Of a DNA stretch of 40,815 nt, positions 30,301-36,207 are shown in pieces (within the stretch, counting starts at the first letter, position 1; each line of letters begins with the position of its first letter). The notes under the pieces were generated by a model, which ran no database searches, had not been told where the DNA came from, and saw only the letters and a list, made by a program, of their open reading frames with translations. Position numbers and translations under genes: made by a program. Origin of the DNA: Stramenopiles sp. TOSAG23-2 (Eukaryota); contig LT649305.1 in NCBI GenBank assembly GCA_900128395.1, positions 1 through 40,815 on the forward strand, given 5' to 3'.

Positions 30301-31735
30301 CAAGATCACCATATTTGTAACCACTTCCAGAGTTTGTTATGGATATTTTTACTTGAACAGAATTGCAATATTGACAGACAGATGTATAATTCGAGTTGAC
30401 AATAGGATTGCTTTTATTACTATTAAATAAAAAACTCCTACTTGTTCCCGATTGACCAGGATGATAATAACAAAATGGATGATCATCGCTTACGGTTTCT
30501 TCGGCAAAAAAATCTTCCGATACAGCGTTTGGAGTCCATATGTTAGCAGCAGTCCATACACATTGTTCTGCGCTGGTAGGAGTGCCGCAATCAGTGGCAG
30601 CAACACAAGCAGCTTCATCATCGGCATAATTTGCACCATTCCCTACTTCTCCATTAGCAGCAGCACAACTTCCAAATCGTATACATAAAGCTTCAATATC
30701 ATGACTAGTATCAGAACATGCGCTGGTATCAGTCCATGTATATGTGGCATTCCAATAGCACTGGGCAGTACTACTTGCACCACAATCAGTTGCACCAATA
30801 CAACCAGTTTCGTTGTCATCGTGAGCTGCACCATTTCCAACCGATCCATCATTGCCTGTACATGTTCCATATTGTATGCAATCGCTTTCAGTACTACTAG
30901 AGCCATCACTACATGTGCCACTCACAGTCCATGTATTGTTTGCTGTCCACACACACTGTAATTGGCTTGTAGCTTCGCCACAATCGCTTGAACTTTCGCA
31001 GGTGTCTTTATTATTATTATGCGCCGCACCATTTCCTACTCCACTGGCAGCACCACATGTCCCTGGCAATTCACAATTTACTTGTTGGTCATAAAATTGT
31101 GGGTCGGAACAATCTCCAATTCTACTTATAAAATCATTTTTTGCAGCCTCACATATAGCGGGATCCTTTATATTATGACCATCTGGACACATACTACCAG
31201 TCTCTGATAAATAAAATCTTCTAATATTGGAATCACTAGAGTTATCACTAGTAAGAAAAATGTTAACATTTGCTCCTGTACCACTTCCATCAGTTGTATC
31301 TTGGGACAAAGTAGAATATGTTTTATCCATGCAAAATTTTAAAGTTTTGACACCAACGGATGTAGAATTATGCAATGACATAATATTTGAAACATTTACG
31401 ATACCAGTCCCAAAAGCGTGATTCACAGCGGAGGCGGAATCACGTGCTGTTGGTGCAGCGTTTGTGGGGGTTATAGATTCCCACTGTGAGTTTATTAAAT
31501 CTAATTTCCATAAATCACCATAACGTGTGCTACCAGATTTACCTCCGTATACAATCATATGTTTTCCATGCACAAGTGAATTATGGAAACAGCGTTGTAG
31601 TGTTGAATCACCACCAGATGTAGTTTCTTGACTCCAAGATACTACAGTTGTATTTACTTTATTTACAAAAATGATTAATAAAAATAGAAAAGATGGGAAA
31701 ATATACAAGTTACGTAATTGATTATTCAAAACCAT
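15350..31735 (-). CDS. Giant secreted/surface Cys-rich multidomain protein (5,461 aa): Kelch propeller, C-type lectin, SUEL-type lectin, PAN/apple-like, discoidin-like, LamG/pentraxin domains, beta-helix motifs
   Basis: Uninterrupted 16.4-kb ORF with N-terminal hydrophobic signal. Kelch motifs (IVYGG, VVFGG, YIFGG, FLFGG); CTL-like (WCLQNGGFIATI..EEN..FYVG..WTWDD..WHD); SUEL-like (AHYGANC..C..QFSC..D...GC..KNYIVKYTC); two pentraxin-like domains (SMWIK..WHHICVSY..GQEQD..GG..D..Q.F.G); GGAIYV..F..N motif. Confidence 0.85.
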   Translation of the reverse strand: MVLNNQLRNLYIFPSFLFLLIIFVNKVNTTVVSWSQETTSGGDSTLQRCFHNSLVHGKHMIVYGGKSGSTRYGDLWKLDLINSQWESITPTNAAPTARDSASAVNHAFGTGIVNVSNIMSLHNSTSVGVKTLKFCMDKTYSTLSQDTTDGSGTGANVNIFLTSDNSSDSNIRRFYLSETGSMCPDGHNIKDPAICEAAKNDFISRIGDCSDPQFYDQQVNCELPGTCGAASGVGNGAAHNNNKDTCESSSDCGEATSQLQCVWTANNTWTVSGTCSDGSSSTESDCIQYGTCTGNDGSVGNGAAHDDNETGCIGATDCGASSTAQCYWNATYTWTDTSACSDTSHDIEALCIRFGSCAAANGEVGNGANYADDEAACVAATDCGTPTSAEQCVWTAANIWTPNAVSEDFFAEETVSDDHPFCYYHPGQSGTSRSFLFNSNKSNPIVNSNYTSVCQYCNSVQVKISITNSGSGYKYGDLVTINDITSSDGDSRSEIPITFNVKNGAAQHTTSWGVSGTCDDNTKLTEADCTGASGTWTKIHYSTIEGHYYNVIEKGNTGHGSGATFDIHINNNGLTSIFFKKMGSGYAVNDDITIDGNQFKKLGHELDSSDLSFKVPASYTETLVVFGGYDGSTCLNDLQMYNYATNAWEEIIADGGSPPNPTKRSGHSAVVYDDSMYIFGGHNCANRLDDLHRYRLIPGPMKRPSLKGTSPMDTICQVHSGADIEYTLEYLELHYKDLPVKYVNPANTIEWSVDTINKRSGLCNMMDYLKCEEVCKEVEGCNFFSRTANAPPYCCYIHKTCENEAAETGYDIYSMNLPDADTILIESVGWEAIAFTAGSGSEARNHHAAFMDSTRMYILAGYDYNANVLGNVWMFDLITKEWTNIGENAMDPTIVSKAIAMYGNDIFYFGPSGNELISLSISISSSLKKALIIKNNDGSSPPSRIFSSMVVYKNSLFLFGGRNPNDSTNRYNDVWKANFVNVCDFKSNGKVHLTADCTLHNEILVTDKLEIYGTEISPGVLPKIISEGSNRLFKIDSDGHFIAKNVEFKDGNGIGTRVIGRCLGNHAGFENIGACDPDTGAEQSVTVPNATLDTASSENIKALQFELDNHILPTTHSLVVHFDMKVVKMSEVDLGYSFIGMGRCDDEYDVDTTSNTYYTANDCYEYCLAASNCNGFSWKETTGGGECARSLTNCSIMTQATTMSITNIHTYKVEVSKWKRYSIMVKPSKTVHSKCFQKKFSIGKSSSTTCNNHNVGNVEQNYQRRVTEAECSNSEFIAKLFDKPLIKGKCEEGLVYTNKGEKCLPGYRLATEKECTIALLEKHLGINFFTVDGVTDNLYEKINDNKLSLGCFVYRHPDVGVLLRYNENSGVTQIQALDGVIESPFVISGDHVEVPDGVNSGSITFPFTCSAPTTIAFEAEVIAPDGGSDSFYISVDGGNPEAWHLEGHSNDFTWRDPVAAQIVSYKIGAGSHTVTLHKREDEMKIRALRFKNGGVDCYFHYAGICVRSVQYLNEFACENKGKWTEAFCTGSEYNEKVACETPGTWNEGMCSAPSSTTETGTTAANTFVTTSAYLTALTSANDIGRIEITNATMDGGFIALTAPYSSPSFHQVSSDKWLIYGHNIDGANYVKMIMVQTKIINGNQAGVKAISAGRGAGSPFVAANIETYWANREPYDVSTTSSPNGYGAHDIELTIYPAFKNGREASKADCTGPAGVWTSFTVKQCDIKSGGREVSETACLDTTVNTWTKGTCTNGFEHVALENGPECDSLFMDDIETSYLDFDENECLSAATTSAGFSDADAALDNTGNTDMPKGCHVHQGTSYSAGIYPWNDVKYNPTGGTRGRNDIITLCKKVSKSTCTGTWTDGSCSNSAYTTEKACRLNGTSWELGYCDITSGGREKSPTLCENPAGTWTDSVKDCSSATRWVMGGTGDTCNTVCNAISGTCNSAQQTKLDTCDKVKMAANSAGYTCGDTCHAGRDYAGTPFFLPRDCSNCLGPCGGGKCCTGCVSNNCASGCASDGIDGNVCVDGCPPLSSDTNCAFFDDSYTAGVDVSSCDTNINAGHKPLCCCLQPGDDPEAACPTTGNPTHPTCGSCSDAAYTTEEACVQKGTWISGECNKDQYKTATACETTGTWTAGTCGSHIFHINTLTCPTGSSSITQDKCTKETIQFAFSRTIKVEFEIASFKSIYSDLNPPGCYIIDDGNENIHLRWNSHPTGLSAWPSATYKEYFALPGARNYVDSKQWCLQNGGFIATILTEEENKLMKQTLKAMESVTTSMFYVGAMSDGAGTWTWDDTSPWAYTSSLTDIAGTTETRMAVESDLHGDGEHGKWHDVGIGEDLLGVLCQRVLPYSAKKSHDYPLCISDAMHPNDHGREVSKENCQAEFPKWIPSSCNIKEGGRQVDKAYCENPPLNWQAYNKFYEIVDNSHIPKGCSIIEPYPFIQEAGLCKDPNGYSGGYCSKTLAWNPAECFRTAFRHGVVAVTLGNDGVTCKSIYASGASPTNCPDGFTASQVGDGKGHMAVDFNSEVIVNGDGDGSNHCLIPNKESPFSPNVVVSHPYKTTEGQCRDVYGKYGASCTFDGGKEGTSAEECYASVYWRSDIAAVEFHPEGKCVLFHRDQDIPTDCPLGSTPVAGEVSKLEGEITGDGTVGVVCMIPDDTINTGTVDGIVVRYNRHSTGTATHIAQPVCTSTEEVTELEEVTYHIANTGGNKCPDGAEEIDEATCKALSRKEGSIMCGSHSDGPVCVGVENDNIYCYGSDSDCLWNSGAGDCTTDADCQQYNSDSLKHTDNVTCNDLYAGVTAWYADACNFINDKKIVAFVSKHTSNPYATETDANKPKGCYYYKDISNKDVKSTGIRFNSHGTGAGLGHHYPICKKVDKFNNVPTDAPKSSCQPSNYEYLKKRGFCDIQEPYYGLGNLNSNECNSAEETVSSRTPLTYEQCTIENVNKIPGLHISPYFIGPTDTYTCPSGTTILKEDEVATFIPIVSITSSSADTDVNPASNLKSGAGTGFSSAAPYDQIGGNKWLTKSTDWPGYFMGSVNHHPYLIIAFAKDETINEISLWGYDGSGNGLKDFTLQFATEEEGLDRFGESIRYEPTFSLNYRHLPRQSFPFDMNIQARYVKLQTLSNFYNQYSLSDGNQVGLGEIAFQSNFNYLRCAKSSGGQISGTGLPKLGGKTRWVLGDGGDTCNEACNHVGGTCNSGQQTKLDTCDKMKMALKHVNFNMEKDHDELPNKLECASCGIGGSIARDYAGSPFIRISDSGCSWFHAGCTAGACTGELASQCDANLHANHRPLCCCLQPGDTDAEAACPTMGLPASETIEANEYKSDDAWQVMHGDSCKAPNGGWVTAPSGTCSNAEFNDNRLACLEADGSHTWTGKTLLSETISDLTGTASLMALYDANSITGIVDGDELTQWDDLSGNDNHLIKDTITGENSVTFKNEGIAGLPSVYFNGGFMETASASSTPSSRNVTMILSFRFTELHAFNEGWNHLVGQGHDNYWRLIRHDKDSKLWLQVVNDADPKIDINADMDYVIVARVHRQMREIKLYNMKGELLSRAYTKGTASEKIPSGTQKINVARGSTRDNNQDSFSGYMRQLAIFDTYLNDDIVSSIVNAFAFQDGTLPTQTKKMLGNNLDIDLCRKKCLEEPRCKAFAFQNTMFCDHYYQCDWQATAWFVGIATIDVHYAHYGANCPGTSDNSGNHLSDIKSKCDHQFSCVYNVNSNVLDDLASGCSTKNYIVKYTCRNDDNEQVVTVASDAHGKSITLTCSKKTESTEWHTYESKRFSKGGSASPCYVYNDEAIGNNALAYNEDYTVMKNRLHQPICLQTGVIEVDYPSRPKGCYYESGLVDHTRTLEANPAWWVDCTGCVSTGTPDVDDDIIFDVAKVLDSSNVFWHPKTGESSTFEHYFTLDLGFEYNIVGVYVRVGTNRATGVKLFSYIKTSDSWVEECSSALTTDDATYSFQYRECPKMFQTRRIKVAFPATNTPWIFEIKFEINPSYHIVRWNRHETGSSHASSRPVCRDSPQSRCNYEWIPGRASSASLFQIGNLKFENHNFKNSICDDGNYHQYTVIQDVEKTVVKCDGLLIYQNFGTTSLNNKNNDIVLGAHYDSSTFHSRMQGSFRNFQVYESTDADTRGGAIYVKNGTLTLDRSKFTDNEASKAAHIFKTKDGKLNLHRTLLSPTITLDKFHAIDKISHNIYRTPDIVTCMIKIVGPCADFPALGDIGWFHDHNQGGPDPTTEAACNTRRDAWRTACGILRETEITNCFGTQYTCPLSTSSFPPSRKCGTRYVGAYMKEKNTLENARTKERLARCLTNGSPSVGQCKPGQPSVGSISSYVDNVNPTLFAGMPKTYAVGDVYITSANLDGDTLYNGLSEITGTTNLFALYDASSVTCSTTCSNADDVTQWNDLSGNDRHLIPTTATGTVTYITDGINGLPSIKFAIGQLETSANVPTPANQMLTVFVSFHFDDMTGEWNHLIGQGKDQYWTVRKYSTTNYLTTHVENSNFPNAKIESGKDYIAVARVDGKKKRMEIYNMDGELVSSSSDIRWANQYVLNSVTDADTKITAGWCKDKSTNQHFKGQMRQIAIYDTYLSDTTVSQILNLFTEKAVINKLPNYDNRWLFHTLTGNSIVDMVLAETNIVEDEAGFKIIDAGSYVLTNPYHKDEAVSTYWALKDTKSITVADNVEGFGLHNVQATIGIGVECIVDNTVLYSETVELTDSQIKALQFLYIRGTGVIANTFSEYSISMWIKTEDSFGSRSYMAMFSLASTLSSNNVLVGIHSDGKAGIYFSSFGGETSTSVINVDTWHHICVSYKKDAADSFLAIDGVNKKTFSSNVDVYNDVNTFIMLGQEQDSIGGKLDSTQAFVGQMKDVTVYDKRLSLSECQQASTAPGASSYPTTPIYKWNEFRKIGYKFYKPSNYPRMDYVTNNLEKYSDSYMMLQPNPSTSLAYQYEEYTVSMWIKVDEFNTGCNAVFALSSDAGGDNNFYVGIKPDGKARVVITHANTVDTSASEINKNKWYHICLSYKKGAADSFLAIDGVNKITFSANSYVFSDASTVVMIGEEPDETGGKFDPTQSHIGRINDVTIYNKRLSLAECQQASTAVERDFYPAIPIHKWYDFKASKRSLLQDSNRIIDSGGYTASTSALSIDIENLFPSFQTIVVQFEAQVREITTDTINYGSIIHVGEFKLTNTIFHNSHCNDNRWHSYAIIIDSEKTVVKCDEIIIHEDDGEHSYVIAESERDRCGLYELTKEECKHAKDTMMLDGGSGTVFEQATNLNLHPSGCSYYNDKSAANGDGNRIVWNPGNNGQDNVKNRRVCKKASGIKSSDTPTTKYQTSRILLGAHGSDYAQPQVGKYCNDGWNDISTTHPNWPNIYTLQECQNLCAKNPACEGISYGKAGQHFPGKCVQCTEGITTIAAHVMWDFYEKTESNFCRMNGSFRNFEVHSAEYESISIPEVWCDEL

Positions 31736-32122
31736 GGTTTTAATTAATGTACAAGTTATTAGTACGAAGATATTTTTACACTGTCAACGTAAATGAATAA
31801 ATAAGATTTATATGGTATTTATATCTACGTATAACATAGATTCTAAAGTATAATATTGTTCAAAAGTTATTTAGTATATATGTTTTTCAATATTATTGAA
31901 ATGATGTTTTTAGAGTAATAAATATATATTATTATTCTTCTTCTAAATATCGATTTTTTTTATTATTATATAACAATAACAACAACAACAACAACATAAC
32001 AACAAACAAACTAAAACAATAGTAGTGAATGAAGGAAAAAAGCATTTAATATGGACACACTATTGAAAAGTTATATCGAATACAAATTCTAATTGACGAA
32101 ACCAAAAAAATAAAATGCATTT

Positions 32123-32148
32123 TGGGCATGCTGGCATGCGCATGCTGG
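32123..32148. promoter_or_regulatory. GCATGC motif cluster in a divergent intergenic region (candidate cis-element)
   Basis: TGGGCATGCTGGCATGCGCATGCTGG, the same unit as the 9321-9754 array, lying between two divergently transcribed genes. Function is inferred. Confidence 0.4.
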
Positions 32149-32507
32149 ATGATACAAATCACAAAAGGCAAAGCACAAAATAAAAAGGCTGTTGTCCTTC
32201 GCGTACGTATAGGAGAGCGAGACAGCGAGACACACCAAGCGATTGTTAAGGTAATTATCTAGTTATAATAATATACTAATACTACTTATTATTTCAAAAA
32301 TTCTTTTTGTTGTTGATGAGCACATGATAATAATATTTTTAGATTATTATTATTTTCAATTATATTGATTTTACCAAAATATATTCTTGCATAAAAAAAA
32401 AATAGAATTTCAAAATGGTCAAAGGTAGAAATATTCAATCAAATGGTTGCTAAATTTGATAATATAAATATACTTTTAAAATTATCCCCCCTTCTCTCCC
32501 TCCCACC

Positions 32508-33875
32508 ATGTCGAACAACGTATTAGCATTTCAAGCAGTTCGAACCGCACGAACAAAAGCATTAGATATTTTTGAAAATGCATTTACAAATTTAAAAAAA
32601 ACTACTTCATCCACAACATTTTGTAATAATAACCTGGTAAATAATGATAATAAAACACGTGAAATGGTAATTAGTAGATTGGCACTTCCTTTCCAGAGTG
32701 ATAAAGAGCTTCGAGAAGAATATGTGAATCATTTAGGTGATTTACGATTAGGACTATTATTAGAAGATGCAGATGCATTATGTGGATTTGCTGCGTATAA
32801 ACATTGTAGTAATATGGAATCATTGCCAAGTATTGTTACTGCTTCCATGGATAGACTTTCACTTTCTTCAAATAAATCTTTACAATCAAATCAAGATTTA
32901 CAATTATTAGCTTCAGTAACAGCAACCGGGAAATCATCAATGAATGTAGATCTTGATATTGCAACTATATCATCTAATCCTAAATCTGTTGTCACTGCAA
33001 GTTTCACCTTCGTTGCACGCAGTAGTAGTAATTATCAATCCGTTGCAGTGCCAAAAATTAAGCCACGTAATAATAATCAAAAAGAATTAATTTTAAATGA
33101 AACAGGTCACACACGGCAAAATTTACGAAAAGAAGATAGAGCAACATCTTTAAATATTTTACCACCAACTTCCGAGGAACAAGCAATTTTACATGAGTTA
33201 TTTACAACATATAAACCTGGCACAACTTTAATCAAAAAGAATTTTAATATGAAAGGAAATAATGATGATAATCATAATGGTGTAATAATAGATGATATGA
33301 AAAGTAAAGTACGATATAAAATACGTGAAACAAAAATGGGATCAATAAATATATGCCATCCACAGATGCGTAATATTCATAATAAAGTATTTGGTGGATA
33401 TTTAATGAGAAAAGCATATGAAATTGCATGGACAAATGCAAATTTAATTATTGGTGATCCAAATATCTATTTAATGGAATTAGATGATATTTCATTTCGA
33501 CATCCTGTTGAAATTGGTTCAATTTTAGAATTTCAAGCTAGATCTGTTTATTCAACTGAGTCTACACTTTCAATTTCTGTACATGCCGATGTCATCAATC
33601 CCCAAACAAAAGAAAAAAAACGTACAAATACATTTGAATTTTGTTTCTCTATAAAAGATCCGGATGATAATTCTTTACAAGATAATATAGAAATTCCAGA
33701 AATTATACCAAGAACATATGAAGAAGGGATCGCATATTTAACTGCTAGACGAAATTTAATCAATATGAATAATGCTAATTATAACAACAGTAGGATCATT
33801 AATCTTAATAATGTTGATAAGGATGATGATGTATTGTTTGATATAAAACATTATTTAACTGAAAGTTCTTTATAA
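32508..33875 (+). CDS. Acyl-CoA thioesterase, double HotDog fold (ACOT9-like), probable mitochondrial transit peptide
   Basis: LREEYVNHLGDLRLGLLLEDADAL..FAAYKH, IVTASMDR, TGKSSM, HPQMRNIHNKVFGGYLMRKAYEIAW, DDISFRHPVEIGSIL, IIPRTYEE. Confidence 0.92.
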   Translation: MSNNVLAFQAVRTARTKALDIFENAFTNLKKTTSSTTFCNNNLVNNDNKTREMVISRLALPFQSDKELREEYVNHLGDLRLGLLLEDADALCGFAAYKHCSNMESLPSIVTASMDRLSLSSNKSLQSNQDLQLLASVTATGKSSMNVDLDIATISSNPKSVVTASFTFVARSSSNYQSVAVPKIKPRNNNQKELILNETGHTRQNLRKEDRATSLNILPPTSEEQAILHELFTTYKPGTTLIKKNFNMKGNNDDNHNGVIIDDMKSKVRYKIRETKMGSINICHPQMRNIHNKVFGGYLMRKAYEIAWTNANLIIGDPNIYLMELDDISFRHPVEIGSILEFQARSVYSTESTLSISVHADVINPQTKEKKRTNTFEFCFSIKDPDDNSLQDNIEIPEIIPRTYEEGIAYLTARRNLINMNNANYNNSRIINLNNVDKDDDVLFDIKHYLTESSL

Positions 33876-34113
33876 AAGAGCGAGGGCATGTGTAGTTTTT
33901 ATAGAGAGGGGGCGGTATATTTTGTGTTCTCAAAGTGAGTCCTAGTGATATTTTATTTAAATTAATATATGAAGTATTTTGTATGGCATACTTCACAAAA
34001 TATTAAATGTGTGTGAGACTTAAAATTTGTACGCGTTCCGGTATGATATGTACATTTATAAAAATTATTATACGAGACGAATTTTTTATGTGTGTGTGGG
34101 TGTCTCTCCCTCT

Positions 34114-35565
34114 CTATTTTATACCACCCAATAATGGTTTTTCTTCATTGTCATCATCTTCTTCTTCCTCCTCCATGTCATTTGTAGTTTTATCAACATA
34201 ATCAATTAATATCTTCTTATCTTTCCCTCCTATATCATCGTTCTCATTTGATTTGATACATCGTTGACTAATATATTTATATCTTAAGTTAGACCAATTA
34301 ATAGTATCATCCACTTCCAACATGGTCATAAAATCATATGTGATAAAAACACTTAATAATGTCAATAAACTATAAAATGCCCACACATAACGCCAACCTA
34401 AATATTTTTGCATTGGTGTTAATATATTTATTAAAAATGCACTACCAAATGTATAACCAACAAAATCCATCAATGCTGATACAGTAGCTGTATCTTTTTG
34501 TCCACCAAATTTAATGGAAAAAATCGCAGTTGGTATAAAATACGTTAATCCAATGGAACATGCATAGAAAAAAATTAATACACAACGAAACATTAACATG
34601 TTATAACTATTTGATTTTTGAACACCAAAAATTGCTAATAATGATGATAATATGACACCAAAAATAAGCAAAGCAACACATAACAATCGTTTATTTTTTC
34701 CATCAACAATACGATTATAAATAGAACCACCAATAAATATACTAGATAATAATCCTACTTGAAATATAGCTGCATACCATGATGCACTACCTTCATTAAC
34801 AATGGTAGATGTATCATTAAAATATACTGGCATCAATTGACCACTTCGTTTTAATAATGTTAAAAATAACATTACAAGTGCACCCGACCAAAAACGTTTT
34901 CTACATAAAATAGTTATAGTACGTTTTCTAATATCATTTATTGTAATATTCGGATTATAAATATCAGGAGTTTTTACAGAATCTTGATGTAAACGTGATA
35001 ATAATGCACATGCAAAGCATAAAATGGACGCTAAACGAAGTATATATCGCCATGAAATATGTTTATACAACATAGTGCCATATAATCCTTTTCCAAATAA
35101 ATCACTGCCACGTGAACTGAGACTTATAATTTGTATACCTTCGCCAATTAAATTTTCACCAAAATTGCCTCTTATCATAACTGCATGTGCTGGCCAAGCA
35201 GTTCCAGCATGCAATTCAATAAAAAATTCAAAAATAGCCACATGCATCACTGTTTGAGAAAAAGATAATAACATGCATAATATACCAATCGTAAAAATAA
35301 GATATAAATATATTGCTCTAGCACCAAATCTAGCAACTACATATCCTGGTAATAGTTTTCCACAACCAGTACCAATAGTAGCAATTCCATACACTAAAAA
35401 ACTTGAACTTGATGTAAAATTTGGAATATCATTATGCATTGCAGCATATGAAGCTAATGGTGACGTTGCAGCAAGGATAACTACTCCATATGTAACAAAA
35501 AATAATAGTTTCCTTGAAAATGATGGTACATAATCTTTTGGCAATGATGTTTCTACATCATTCAT
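34114..35565 (-). CDS. Major facilitator superfamily transporter (OPA/UhpC-like)
   Basis: About 12 hydrophobic segments; MFS motif-A-like GKLLPGYVVARFGAR; AWPA; TATVSALMDFVGY. Start placed at MNDVETS (35565); the track extension to 35664 looks like UTR. Confidence 0.8.
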   Translation of the reverse strand: MNDVETSLPKDYVPSFSRKLLFFVTYGVVILAATSPLASYAAMHNDIPNFTSSSSFLVYGIATIGTGCGKLLPGYVVARFGARAIYLYLIFTIGILCMLLSFSQTVMHVAIFEFFIELHAGTAWPAHAVMIRGNFGENLIGEGIQIISLSSRGSDLFGKGLYGTMLYKHISWRYILRLASILCFACALLSRLHQDSVKTPDIYNPNITINDIRKRTITILCRKRFWSGALVMLFLTLLKRSGQLMPVYFNDTSTIVNEGSASWYAAIFQVGLLSSIFIGGSIYNRIVDGKNKRLLCVALLIFGVILSSLLAIFGVQKSNSYNMLMFRCVLIFFYACSIGLTYFIPTAIFSIKFGGQKDTATVSALMDFVGYTFGSAFLINILTPMQKYLGWRYVWAFYSLLTLLSVFITYDFMTMLEVDDTINWSNLRYKYISQRCIKSNENDDIGGKDKKILIDYVDKTTNDMEEEEEDDDNEEKPLLGGIK

Positions 35566-36207
35566 AACTTTTATATATATATATGTATTATGGTAAATAA
35601 TGTCACCAAAAAAATAAATCAATTGTACAGTTAAAAAGGGAAGGAAAGGAAAAACTTTTACCATTTGGCACTTTGCACCTATTATTTTTTGTTGTTGTAT
35701 TTATATTTTTTTTGTTTTTTTTTTTGAAAATTAAAAAAAAAATAAATTTATTGAAAAAAGGAAGAAGATTTTAAACGCGACGCGATTTTTTGCCAAAATT
35801 TTCTATCAATTCAATTCAATTGAACCATAATTTTATAATATAATAAATTTATACTTGAAAGGGAAATCACTCGGATTACACGTAATCAAAAAAAATTTTC
35901 ATGTGATTTCCACTCTATTCGGAATTGTTGATTTATATATTTTTTCGCTTCTCGCTCCTTCTCCTATATCTGCACGATGGTAATGTGTTGTTGAAGAATG
36001 TAAAAAGGGTATATATTAAGCCCTGAATGGAAGAAAAGTTAAAGTATATTATCGATAATAAATTAGATATGTATACATAATTTCTAAATGGTGCAATGGA
36101 AAATAACAAATGTTAGATAATATAGTAATAAACACCTACCTATTATTTTTTTTGTTCTCTTATTGAATTAAAAAACAGTATATATATATATATATATATA
36201 TAAAAAC

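Noticed and set aside
35566-35664. N-terminal extension of the MFS ORF
   Set aside because: Contains a TA-repeat, UTR-like stretch; the downstream ATG at 35565 is more plausible.
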